DNA of 63,702 nucleotides, the filler included, from Choristocarpus tenellus KU-1152 (taxonomy: Eukaryota > Protista > Phaeophyceae): assembly GCA_964200185.2 (NCBI GenBank). It is 10 parts of 10 records of this genome, joined end to end, with 100 filler letters (N's around TTAATTAATTAA, not from the genome) between each part and the next. Parts side by side here need not be neighbours in the genome. Positions count along the whole stretch, not along the records: positions 1 to 11,831 come from CAXNAD020002114.1; 9 more parts are not named here. One strand, given 5' to 3'. The first letter of the stretch is position 1. Each line of letters opens with the position of its first letter. Positions 1-11,831 of this stretch are shown here, in pieces. The notes below the pieces were generated by a model, which saw only the letters and a program-made list of their open reading frames with translations, had not been told where the DNA came from and made no database searches. The position numbers and the translations under genes were made by a program.

Positions 1-820
1 TGGGTTTTGTGGGTGTCACCCAAGGGGGGGGGGGGGGGGGGGGGGGCGATAATGCCCAGGTAGACCAGTGGTTCATGTCGTGCAAAAAAGTAAAACACCC
101 GCCACTAAGCAGCCACAGTCTCGAGCAGCAACTGGAGGGAAGGCACATAGGGGGGCTGTGTGGTATGTGCCTTTGAAAAAGCGTAAGAGAAGTTCCACCA
201 GCTAGCTGTGATGGTGCTCCACCGGCATCAGGAGGAAAGGCACAGGGGGAGGATGTGCCAGGGCAGAAGGGCTAATCTATGCCAAGGGAGGTCTCTGAAC
301 TAATCACGCCACTTGCAGGTAAGCTATGGGGCATGACACGCACAATGCGAGAGGGGGGTTATTTTGATTGGTAGTTGTACAGGCCGAACAGATTACATTG
401 AAATGCAGCGAGGTAGTCTAAGGGTAAACATGGAACGCATGAGGTAAGACTTGGGCCAGAATTCCATGGAGATCAAGCTTGGAGGAAGTGGGCAGTTTAG
501 CACAAGCTGCTGGTAACAGAGGAGTTGATGTTGGCGTCGTTTTTCACTAAAATCCGTCAGATAGCCTGCACAATTGCTGTCAAAGAGGCGGTACTCTGTT
601 GTACAAGCTGTGACATGTGACACTAACTATCCTGAACAAGATCCAACCTATCGGCACGATGTGGTAGAAGTGCATGGCAATGAGAAATCATAAGCTTCCC
701 CTGCCGTCCTCGTCACCAATGCTCTAAAACCGCTGAACAATCGCTGTAGCAGATGTCGAATAACTACTTTTATACCTACGTTGCGCTGTGTTTGTTGCTG
801 ATATATGTATATATTTTTTC

Positions 821-1990
821 ATTATTATGCCCTCTGACATTTTCCAGATGTGTCAGGGGGAAATCAATGGAAATTATAGTCATTGCCAGTATAACCTCTA
901 AAGAAATAAAATGTCATAAATGTGAAAGATCCTTAATCTATTTGTTACTTCAACCTACTTCCTGCCGCTCAAAATGGACGTTATGGCGTCGTTCAAGGTC
1001 TATGTAAGCAAGTGAGGGTGATAACCCTTCCTTCATCGGACCTTCCAACATGTTGAAGACGTTCATCGTTCAAGGTCTATGTAAGCAAGTGAGGGTGATA
1101 ACCCTTCCTTCATCGGACCTTCCAACATGTTGAAGACGTTCATCGTTCAAGCTGCAGGATCCAAGGGACCAAGGTCAGAGCGTGGCTTGCACTCGATTTG
1201 TGTTGCTGTATTTGCATCTATGCTTTAGACACAATAAACATTTTGCGAACACGATAATTCTTCCTCTCCTGAGTGTCGCATGTTGAAAAGCTCCACATGT
1301 GAAAGGTCTATCGCCCAAGAATTGCTGCTGAGTCCACAAATTCTCAGATCTGACGCGAAATACAGTCCTGTTGACACAGGATCCTCCCACGTCATCCATG
1401 GCATTGGATCCTGTTGAACCAGAGTTTGCACGATAACGACTCGTGCTATGGTCACTACCCTGATTTACCTTCATGATTTTATTGAGTAGAGTACTCCCTG
1501 CCCCACCTCGATTCCCTGCCTCCTTCTGCAAGGAGATATATCGGGAACGAGCAACCGGTTGAATTATGGCTCTTGCCCTCTCTTCATTTCCATGATGCTT
1601 CAGGTAGTTCTTGGTAATCTGGTAACCATCGTCTAAACAGTCCAGCATGGGTAATTGGAGGACTTGTTCCGACATCTCACATGTCCCATCTGGGCCATCT
1701 GGCTCACCCAATCCACCATAACTGTGAAGGTGATTTGGGGGTCTGACCCGGAGGAATCTTGATATTTGGCACCAATTTCTCCAGGCTAGCAATTTCATCA
1801 TCTTAATGGATTAGGAAGTGCTCTCTTAACCACTTCTACACTCTGGAAGTTGAAGCTGCATTGCGAGCAGTTCACCTGTAGAATCCCGTAGTGCTCCTCA
1901 GGAGGATGCCATGCAGTGCTCTTGGCCTTGAGATGACTTATTTTTCACCTACCCCTTCCTCCTTAAGTGCAGCCAACATCACCCACCCAA
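821..1990 (-). mobile_element. Decayed CRE-like (RLE) non-LTR retrotransposon: 3' UTR/tail at about 821-960 plus degenerate pre-zinc-knuckle coding region at about 1175-1990
   Basis: 821-960 matches the 3' end of the repeat at 25770-26065, 32640-33030 and 34568-34845. Minus-strand frames give SRYRANSGSTGSNAM, RHSGEEE and IDANTATQIECK, resembling ARxRSxxGxGAMAW / RHLGIEE / VDANTRHARLC as I recall them from brown-algal elements. Frameshifted; left-strand 5' boundary approximate. Confidence 0.55.
989..1151. repeat. Perfect tandem duplication: 77-bp unit x2 plus 9-bp TCGTTCAAG
   Basis: TCGTTCAAG starts at 989, 1066 and 1143; the two full units are identical. Confidence 0.95.
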
Positions 1991-2946
1991 AGAAGTTCTC
2001 TTGATGGTAGACAGTATATAAGAACAAGTAAGATTCTGTGGGCCAAGCAACCCCTCAAATATGATGTCCGAACTTCTAAACAAAAAAAAGTTGGACTGCA
2101 GATAGAAGTTAGCATCAGGATGACGAGGGAAGGACGGAGGATCTGATGATAGTTTCAAATTATTACCACTTCACATCTTCCAATACCTACAAATATCTTT
2201 TTGCTCTCTTTACATTGACTTTCTGAGGATGGGTCAGTGTGTGTTGTATGCTGGGTTTTTTTTGGACAAATGTATGTTGACCATCATTCCATTCCTGTGG
2301 ATCGAAATATTATTGTACAATTGGAACCAATTGATTTCATACCTCATCGATATCAGGGGAAATGGGTGCGTTAATCCTCCATTCTTATAGATGAGGGTTG
2401 AGGGGTACTGCATAGATTTAAATTGAAGTGGCATATTTTTTAATGATTTGTGTTGTCGAATCTAAGGATATGTCGTACATATTGTTGAAGCTGTTTCATA
2501 GATGAACTTAACATTATCCTGCAGTTCTGTTTGAGTCATCGTCCATTATAGAATACTGTTAATTATGTATCGAATCTTTGAAAACGGACCGATAGTTCTA
2601 AAGATCTATGGGTTTTGTTGTTTAGTTCTACTTTTACTATGTTATAACCTATTTTAATGTCTTTTCAACATATCAATTATTCTGCGAAGTGAGAGGGAGT
2701 GGGGTCTCTGATCTGTGTATCATTGGGTTCCAAAAGCCATGCAAGTAGTTAATATACATATTATTAAATGGTACTATAGGAGACAAACATGTATTGTTGT
2801 GTAGGTATTCAAATCGACACACACCACACACTGAGGATCAAACTCAAGTAAAAAGGCGTGAAAAAAACACTTGCTGTGTCAGGCTGTTCAACAAGAGCAA
2901 GAAGGAGACTTTGTTGTGGGTAAGGGTTACTAGGACATCGGGGAAA

Positions 2947-4375
2947 ATGGCCGATGAAGGAGGTTCAACATGGAACCAATGTAACAAGTCATCAATCGTG
3001 GTCGTAGAGAATGCCACTAGTTTGGATGAAACGAAGAACTCGATGGTAGTGGTTGTAGGCAAGGAGCCTGGACTGGAAGACCTGCTCACCGGAAGGTCGA
3101 ACCAGGAGCCTTTTGATCTAGCATCCTTCACCAACTTCGCCAAGGCCAACCTGTTTGAGGAGACTGTTGACTTCTTGCGCGCGGTAAGGTAGAGAAGCAG
3201 GACGTTTCTTTAGCCACATTAGAAGTAATTTATACTTTGTCCATTACGCTATAGATCACGTCTTTCACTGAGACTGGAGATTAGATTTTACGGGGCGATA
3301 CTTAGAAATAAAACGTAGTGACGCTCACGTAATATTCCTGCATCATGGACTTAAGTTGCTTAAAAGCGAGGGGTATCTTTTGTGGCTCACCCTTCCCCCG
3401 CTTAACCCAGCTCCTACCTTGCCACACACCTTATCGCTTAGTTCCGACGGCACCCTTTGCCATCCACAGCGGGAGTCTGTTTTTAGTTTAGAGCTGTATT
3501 GCTCCTTTTCTCAATGCATCACTCAGTAGAAACACATCGTCAGAAGCTAATCTGACCAACAGAGTACAGTACGCAACCCTCCTGAATGCGCCTTAGCATG
3601 GCCACTTGAACTTCTCAAGATTATGTGCGTCAGCGACATATGCGCGCAGATGTTGACACTATTTATGTCCTCACCAGCCCTCTACAGTTATCTCACCTGC
3701 CTGATCGAATGAAATATGATTAATGACACCTCCATGCAGGTTCAAGCACTCAAGACAATTGACAAAATCTTATTCGCATCCCAGTTAGAGGAAATAGTGA
3801 AACGCTACATTGTGTCAAACGCAAACAGCCAGGTCAACCTGAGCAGCAGAGAGAGGTGGAAAGCAGAACAAGAAGCAAATTTAGCTATCCGTGCCATGGA
3901 AGAGGCGAGTTATCCCCTACATCTATCAACCTTTTGGTGATGCTGTTGCCATGAGTTCCGACCGCGACTTAAACGATAGGTGCTGCACCCTCACTGGACC
4001 TAGATCAGGCTCGGGTATTAATTAGTCTTACCTATCTCTGCTGCAATTTCTAGCTCAAGCCCTAATCCCTGCAGACACCCAACTCAGTCACTTGATCCTT
4101 CATAGCCCTCGATCGAAACTTTTGTGGCATATCTTTCTCTATATATACCCTCTTTAGTTACCCCGTAACCCACCATTTTGCCCTTCAGTACCTCTCATCC
4201 CTCCCCTGGCATTGTCCAGGATCCTCATGCGGACCCAAACAGAACTGTGCTGGGTACAGCCTACACATCTGTGCTGTCGTTGGTGTCTAGAGACGGTTAT
4301 GCGCGATATGTGAACCATATCTTAGTGCAGAAGCATCTTCTACTATCCAAGAATGAGGCCATGTGGTGGACCAAG
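2947..4375 (+). CDS. RGS (regulator of G-protein signalling) domain protein, 3'-partial; exons 2947-3183, 3740-3904, 4220-4375
   Basis: Spliced product LEDLLTG..PFDLASFTNFAKANLFEETVDFLRA|VQ..IVKRYIVSNANSQVNLS..|..VLGTAYTSVLSLVSRDGYARYV follows the RGS pattern (F..F....E.L.F, YI......VNLS, D.Y.R). All junctions are phase 0. Donors GTAAGG (3184), GCGAGT (3905), GTGAGC (4376); acceptors TGCAG and TCCAG. Next exon not identified. Confidence 0.85.
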
Positions 4376-4912
4376 GTGAGCTGTGTCTAATCTTCCATAG
4401 TTGTGTTTTATGGCATATCGAATATCCCCACCCAGCCCACTTTACCTCGCTGTGAACTCTTTAGCATTATGGATATCCTTGATTCGTTCCCCAAATATGT
4501 TATCAAAGGCGTGTTAATCTACTTCTCCATAAGGCCTTGACTATCCTTGCCATCTCTGTACTGAAGATTGTAAAGCAGTAATTAGGTAGAGAGTAGAGTT
4601 TCCTCGAATACTGCAAAGTTTTCTTTTGTCCCCTTAGTGTATGGTACATGTTACTGTCTCTCTCTGGGATGTCCCTGAAACTTTGGATACGGGTTGTTTT
4701 TTTCAAGGTGCGATGGCTTTCAATGTCACATGAAAAGATTAAGCGCAACATATAAATGTTACTGTTAGCGCTCATTATTTTGCATGAATGGAGTACAGAA
4801 GTGAGGCAGCAAAACTTCCCCTGCAAAAAACGTGGCTTCACGATAGGAAGTACCACATGAAGTTACATATCTATCTATCCTATAGGTCTATATTGCTATG
4901 GTTTTTTCTGAA

Positions 4913-5500
4913 TAACTTTTTCAAATGTGAGATTCAGAAATGACAAACAATAGTGTTCGAAAGCCAACAACTTCGGCTTGCACACAGGTATCTTCAAAAT
5001 ATTGAGTCATTTGGAAATGGTTGAAAAGCCGCTACTTGAACACAAACGTTTTTTTCTCAGCAATGGCAGATTTAGCAAAACCAGCAAAACCAGACAAAAA
5101 TGACTGGAAAGCATCCTTAATCAGTCACAATGTCTCAACGAGACCTGTGATGAAGACGCGGCCACAACTTGGTGGACTGAGAGGGAGAGAACGAGAGTGA
5201 TGAGTAATTCACTTAATTAAAAAAACAGCAAGGGAATCCAACGCAACTAACCGTGTCTTCATTGGAGGTCTCGTTGACACGTTATGGGTGATTAACCATG
5301 ATTTCCAGCAATTTTTCGCTGGTTTTGCTGGTTTTGCTAATCTGCCTTTTCCGAGAAAAAAACGTTTGAGTTCAAGTGATGGTTTCTCAACCATTTCGAA
5401 ATGACCCAATGTCTTGAAGATGTCTATGTGTAAGCCGAAGTTGTTAACTTTCGAACGCTCTATTATTTGTTATTTCTGAATCTCACATTTGAAAACGTTA
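4913..5500. mobile_element. Foldback/MITE-like element with about 250-bp imperfect terminal inverted repeats, TA at both ends
   Basis: About 4913-5162 is the reverse complement of about 5251-5500 (e.g. TTTTCAAATGTGAGATTCAGAAAT vs ATTTCTGAATCTCACATTTGAAAA; TTAGCAAAACCAGCAAAACCAG vs CTGGTTTTGCTGGTTTTGCTAA). TA at 4913-4914 and 5499-5500 is compatible with a Tc1/mariner-type TSD. Confidence 0.9.
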
Positions 5501-8010
5501 TACATACATACGCATATTATACTCACAGATTTATTACCCCACGTTGTAGATCAAAATACAAATGTTGCACTCAACACAATTTTTGCTTTGAGCAATTGAT
5601 ATTCTGTTGTTGAATTGGTTTGTCATGTTCTTTTTTGTGTTGCTTCTTTCCCTCCATGACAAAACATTGGCGAAATATTTTAGGGGGTATAAGATAGCCT
5701 GAAGGTTGGTATCTATTGTAGGATGACAAGAGCAGACTCATGGGAAACTCGCATTCATATTTTTTGCAGTCAATATGTGGTATATTTCTTTGCACAAATC
5801 TACCACCAACACATGGTGGTAGAACAAAGGCGTCACTCACAGGAAAACACGAATGGCATCATACGAAAGGTCAATATCCCAACGAGTACATACCAGGAAA
5901 TGTACAATACCCAAAGGGGTGACAGGCGACCTGCACAATGCTCTCTATTCGGGATCTCTGCTCAGCGTCTATCATCTGGCTATAGAGTTCCCCAAGATAG
6001 GATCTTTTTCTACATGTGAACAGCATTGATTCGATGAAGTCTCCTACAAGTTGAGGCTGTGTGCGACAGGTCAAACTTCAGGCCACAACACACAACCTCC
6101 TGAAAACGATGAATGCAGCTGTGGACAGCATCAAAATCGCTCCGTCTTTGTCTCCCCCACGACAGTATCTGCTATTTTCGGTGGCATATATCTGGAGCCT
6201 TCATGACACGCTTTTTTAAGCTAATTACTATTTTGAGGGATTAGGGTTAGATTAATATTTCAGTAAACGTATAATATATACAGTATTTTTCGCGAGGTAT
6301 ATACCCAATTCGCATATCATCACATACTGGGGAGAACAACGGAAAATCATTACAAAGAACCACTGTCTTGTTCAAACGACAGAACTGTTGTGCTGTGAAG
6401 CAAGATAGCATACTTGTTATTCAATGTATAGCGTAACGACTAGAGCAACAGAGGGCTAGAGCCATATAGAGTACTGCAAAATATTGTACGCATTGTACTT
6501 GAGGGGAAATGAAAAATAAACGATTTGGGAAAGAGAAGAAGCTCAAGTGTCTCTATTAGCGCAAGGAAGAGAACGTGTAATTGACAAACATGATGACCAA
6601 AAAAGATATTTGAGTCACACATCAGATCCATGTAATCCGAAAGAACACCACTCTCATCATGTGTCACACGTAGGAAAAGAAAGGAAAGAGAAAAGAGGGC
6701 GTAAGAACAGTTCAGTTTTCCAACTTGACGCTCCCCAAACACTACCTTCGGAAGTCGCTCATCCCCTATCCGTGCAACTGACCCTGCAAATACGAGTCTC
6801 CAGTCGACTCAATACTCTCACACCAGACGGCACTTGGGTATTTTGTAGGTGTGTGATTGGTACAATTTTGTTTGCAAAATGTGATGCAGTACAGCGGAAA
6901 GTTTGGTGATGGGAGTGAAGGTTAAGAGAGTAGACCTAGTGGAGTCCCCATATCATACAACCATACTACAAAGCCTCTCAAGCATTTCACTCTTGAGATT
7001 TGGATCTTCAGCACATGTAATACAACTTAGGTCCTGTAATAAACACTTGACTGCACTTGCGGAAACATCTCCACGCCTTTTGAACCCTCTACCAAATGTC
7101 GAGATGGTGTAGGGGCTGGCATTGATATTACCTTCAAGGCCAACAAACTTGCTAGGCTGCATATAGCTCTGGCCCAACCCCCAGGTCTGCATGGTGTCTG
7201 CAACATATTTAAGTGGTCGGAGGTACATGGTCTCCATCTTCGACTCCAACAGGCCAAATGACCTCACCACCTTCACAATCACTTATCTTCATCCTGGTCA
7301 AACCTCCTTAGGTTGTAAGTCATGATGTCAGCATCATCAGCCTAACGCATACCTCACAGGATCCACTGAAGTCCCATCCCACTCCCTGCTATTCCTCCTC
7401 CTCTAGCCTCGTTGTTTGTGGCTGCTGTGTTGATGATAACAAGGTCCTCAGAGATGACTGGGTGAGAAGTGAGCTCCTTAACTGGTGCGTTTAGCACTGC
7501 AGTGAGGATGTTGAAGGGGATGGGAGCAAGAGCACACCCTTGTCGAAGAATTTGTCGAACCGCAAACCAGTCTCTGTGCACTTGACATCATCCATGTGAA
7601 CAAACACCCGTGTTCTATTATGGAATTGACAGATGACTGAGATTGATCTTTGCAGGCACTCCAAATTTGGCAAAGTACAGCCCACAGAAGATCGAGATCA
7701 ACAGAATCATACACTTTCTGCAGGTTACTAAAGCACATGCACATCAGTGCAAAGGTACATGTTGTCTACCCGATCGAGCTATTGGAGGGCACGTACAGTG
7801 TACATCATATCCATTGTGTATTATCCAGGGGCCAAAAGCACACCGTTCCTAGTGAGGTATGTTCTCTTATCCCAGGTTATCTCCCAGCAGTCATGCAACC
7901 ACCTCGAGAACTACACTTTGCCAGTGTGTGCCATCAATTCGATGGCCCTGTATTAACTGCAATCTGTTGGGTCTTGTTCTTGAGTGGCGCTGTGGTGACT
8001 GTATCCTTTT

Positions 8011-8268
8011 GAGTGGAAGTATCTTAGAGGGTACGAGTTTTGCCCTGTTTGTCCGTTTGGGAATTGACTTTCCACAGTTTTTTCTATGACATTTTCCTAC
8101 TCCGAAATATTTCGGAGTAGGTAAAATATATACGTTACGAAAGGGTCTGCCCAGAACAAGGATATTGACACTTGCTAACAAATGCGTAGCCAAAATTACA
8201 TCAAAATCGCAACATTGGATTGTGGCACCCAAATGGACACGGATTTACCCTCTAAGATACTTTGGCTC
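8011..8268. mobile_element. MITE family B (about 257 bp, PIF/Harbinger-like), TSD TTT, inserted in the LINE
   Basis: TIRs GAGTGGAAGTATCTTAGAGGGTA / TACCCTCTAAGATACTTTGGCTC; TTT on both sides; inverted homolog at 27516-27772. Confidence 0.88.
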
Positions 8269-9222
8269 TTTTTAGATCCGTTGCACATCTTCCTGGTCCC
8301 GCACAGCCAACACAATCTTGTGAAAACTCTGAAGGATAGTCTCGTCCTATTTTGAAAATTGTCTGGACATTGCCTTCCCATTTCCATTGCCTGGATTGCT
8401 TCAGCCACTTTCACTAGTGTTGGTGATTTAGAAAGCTCCACACATACAGATAGGTGGTCAAGGGCTTCCGCACAATGAAGGTTAAGGGTTGTAACCTTTT
8501 GTGATTGAGAAGCCCTTCAAAGCATTGCTAGTACTGCTCGTTGATGATTACTTCTTCTCTCCGTAGCCTGCCAGATTCGTTGTGGATGTTCTGGGAGGCA
8601 CTCTGTCTGGTTCTCTCTACGTTCAAGCCTTTAAAGTCTAGGTAGAAACCGCGTGGGTCTCCACTGTGGGCAAGGTTTTCCATCTTTCTGTTGTTAGTGC
8701 GAAGGAAGTTATGTAAGGCAGACGCCCCCACCCGTATGAACTGCTTATCATACTTCTTCAACACCTTCAGAGTGACGTTTTTGAGATCTGTGCGATGTTT
8801 CCATACCCTTGCTGCTCCTCCTGGGCCTCCTTGACCTTATCACATGCACACCACCCTCTTGGCAACCCCCCTGTTGTGTAGGAAACGACAGTACTTATAC
8901 GCAGTTTCCATCAAAGGATTGCGTGTGAAGCTGCCATGTTGTGGACATTGAGAGGTATATATCGGGTGTGTCTTTGTTTGCCACTGCCTCTCCAAGGATT
9001 TGTTTAGCAACCACACTCACCAGTCCAAATCTTAAGCATTCATGAGACGATTAGACATCAGGGCTTGTTCGTTGAGAAAAACACCTGTTTCCACCTGGGT
9101 ACATCTCTTATTTTTTGTAGAAGAACGATCCAGAGTTAATTTACTGATAATGATTCAGCATGGCGATCCAATTCTATCTTATAGAACAGAGTGTACCCTC
9201 ACGTTGTGTACAAGATGGAAAT

Positions 9223-9399
9223 GGCTCAAAGTATCTGGTGATGTGGCAGTTTATTTGGGATCATTTTTTTCACGTCGCGATTTTTGGGTGATTTGGTTGC
9301 ATCCGTTCGCTGGATGTACAATGTAAATACACTTTTACTGATTTTGACCCAAATGGATACCCTGGTGTAGTTCCCCCCTCCCCTCAGATACTTTTGGTA
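9223..9399. mobile_element. MITE family C (about 175-185 bp, PIF/Harbinger-like), TSD AAT, inserted in the LINE
   Basis: TIRs GGCTCAAAGTATCTG / CAGATACTTTTGGTA; AAT on both sides; homologs at 26765, 30874, 46367 and 48440. Confidence 0.88.
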
Positions 9400-10732
9400 A
9401 ATTGACCTGATATCTGAGAGCGTCATGTAGGCAAAGGTAACACATCTTCCGTGGTTGTCTAACTATATGTCGAAATCTTTCTTCTTCGGTGCACTGAAAA
9501 ACGTGTTGACAAGTGCAAGTCTGTTCATCCTTGCAGCATCAAGCATGCACTCACCACTCTTATTGAACACCACAGTTATTGAACACATCTCGACCATATT
9601 CCCCAAGTGTCCTGCTGATTTCCCCCTCTCTTGTCTCACCTTCAAGTGTTCGTTTGTGCCCACCAGGAAATAAGCTTTTGCTTAGTGGAGATCTACTCCA
9701 TCACAGTGTGCAGCTTCTCCCAGAAAGCATCCTTCTTTGTCTCTGAGGCTTTTTTGTTGGAGCATACTCCCTAACATAGGCAACCCCAGTTGAACTGCCC
9801 GTCATCAGCAAGTGGATCCTCATCATACACTCATGGAGGTTTCTACCTCATGAGCAGCCTGTTTAAAGGTTTGACCCCCTCGTTGTCAAACCTACTCCAT
9901 AGTTACCCGTGCTACCCTCCATTCACTGAAGAACACCCTGTATTTAAGCTCAGCGAATTCAGGGCTAGCAACTCCACCTCTTCTTTCCACTTGGAGATGA
10001 ATTACATTGCATCAATAAAACCGCGTGGGATCAACATTGCCCTATAACCCACTCTATTACTGCATTTTAAGGCCATGGTCCACACATTCCAAGTGACCAC
10101 GGTCAGGTCTCTGTTCTGGGGTTTCTGAGATAGATTGTACAAGGGGTGTCGGGCGATCCCTTCTTCTTCGAGGACCCTCTATTCCTACAATGAACTGTAC
10201 CTTCTTGTTAAAAACAGCATAATTTTCTCAGGTTATGCATTTTTTCAGGTCTTTTCATCACGAGAAATCTGGGATTATGGTTGACATGAGAAGGACAAGG
10301 GGAGCTAGTGTAAATCAGGTGTTACTAGTGTGGGTGTGGCAGGCAGCACAACCAGCCTGTGACAAGTGTTATTTCAAGAATACTGATAGCTGATGTACAT
10401 CAAGCTATAAGCAGTAGCTCAAGCAGCCTGGCCAACCGCAACCACCATCTGCCCAACGCTACTTTCTCATTTCATTTCTCTTTTTGGATGGGTTGTTCTT
10501 GCATCCTTCTTTTCCGTTTCCTTTCATTTCTTCTTGTAACACGCATGAGTGGTGTTTTTTTCATTGGATGACTCAAGCATGGCTTTCTTGCATGTTTGGG
10601 TATTACACCTAGTTGCTACATTACCATCTGGTAGATGCATTGTGTTCCTTTTCAGTATTTTTCCTTTTTCTTCTCGTTCTTTTTCACTGTCATGTTACTT
10701 TTCTGCTTCTTGTGAACTCTAGTGCTTGTACC

Positions 10733-10870
10733 CAGGGCTTTTCCTCGGACTGACTGATCAGATCAGGGCCATGATCCCGTCCAGGACCTGGTCTGGTTTA
10801 CAATCTGGATGGCCCTTTCTGGTCCTAATAGAATATATTTCACCCAGACCAATCGGCCCCTCATTCCGGC
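10733..10870. repeat. Fragment of repeat family D (possible hAT-like non-autonomous element end)
   Basis: TCTGGATGGCCCTTTCTGGTCCTAATAGAATATATTTCACCCAGACCAATC resembles the reverse complement of about 50380-50440; begins CAGGGC. Confidence 0.45.
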
Positions 10871-11790
10871 TTTATACTCTGATGGTCCTGGACCACTCCT
10901 TAGATAATATTTATATTACAGTTATGGTGAAAGTTGAAAACTCGTAAGCCCTTCTACAGTAGAATGTAGAGTCCAGTTAGAGTATAATTTGTGTACCAAG
11001 AAAACATGTTCTGATGGGCATTGATGAGCGACTCCAATGCCTCCCACTCCCTCACAGCAGCCCCTTTCTACGCATAAAGAAGACTGAGCCATAAAGGTGA
11101 AGGGGCCAAGTCGTGGAGGGACAATGTCCAGTGCATTAGACACTGATTGCTGATTTGTAATGAGTAGCTGTAGTAGTGACAGTGGGAGCTGCAGTGATAG
11201 CGATAGTATTGCTTAGTGACACATCAAACATTTAGCCATCCCCGCCCAGTTTGACAGGTCCTTCTTTTGAAAGCCTATCCAAATAACTCAGTTGTGGAGA
11301 GGGGCCAGTCTGGGGAATCTGCTGATGGTGCCGCTAGTGCGGGTATGAAGTCTGACCCATGGTGGAATCAATGTGTGCTTCGTCAACAGGAATATAATGG
11401 TGTTAGGCACAGTAAGAAAAGACGATGTGACAGCGAGATGTCTCATCTTGAAGTACCTCCAGATCTTAGCTACAAAGAAAGGAGAGAGAAACACCCAATG
11501 CCAGGTGGTAATTCAGCCCTGTGGGAAGGAACAATAAAAGTCCTCCAATACGCACTTGAAGCCAGATGTTGACTCGATCAGAGGAAGGCAACAACAGAAC
11601 CCCAGTTAAAGAGATGGCCGAGTATTATGAGGAAATAGTGACACTGAGATTCAAGCAGGACGAATTGCCGGTAGCCATGGTTCCTTGCTGAAGAGTGTGG
11701 CTGGGCAAACGGTTGGGGTTTTGGTCGTGTATTTCATCTCGACAACCCACTAATAGTGTGCAACTGTACACAAGTGCAATATCATACTGA

Positions 11791-11831
11791 GAGCCAAAGT
11801 ATCTTAGAGGGTAGGGTTGCGTCCATTTGAG
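11791..11831. mobile_element. MITE family B end truncated by contig end
   Basis: GAGCCAAAGTATCTTAGAGGGTAG..GCGTCCATTT matches the start of the 27516 copy. Confidence 0.85.

Larger units (their letters stand above)
6790..10110 (-). mobile_element. Decayed RTE-type LINE (APE endonuclease + reverse transcriptase) interrupted by two MITEs
   Basis: Collinear minus-strand motifs: VVTWNVWTMA (APE start, about 10100), GECMLDAARMNRLALVNTFF, GDPRGFY..SQNIHNESGRL, PTLVKVAEAIQAM, CFSNLQKVYDSVDLDLLW, LRQGCALAPIPFNI, MR*ADDA (YADD, about 7340), LKSEML..YG. Many stops and frameshifts; ends approximate. Confidence 0.88.

Noticed and set aside
5721-5922. Fourth exon of the RGS gene
   Set aside because: Phase-compatible AG and open frame, but weak pyrimidine tract and no recognisable protein features.
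11220-11420. Additional CRE-like relic (IKHLAIPAQF..VVERG)
   Set aside because: Only faint similarity over a few residues with frameshifts.
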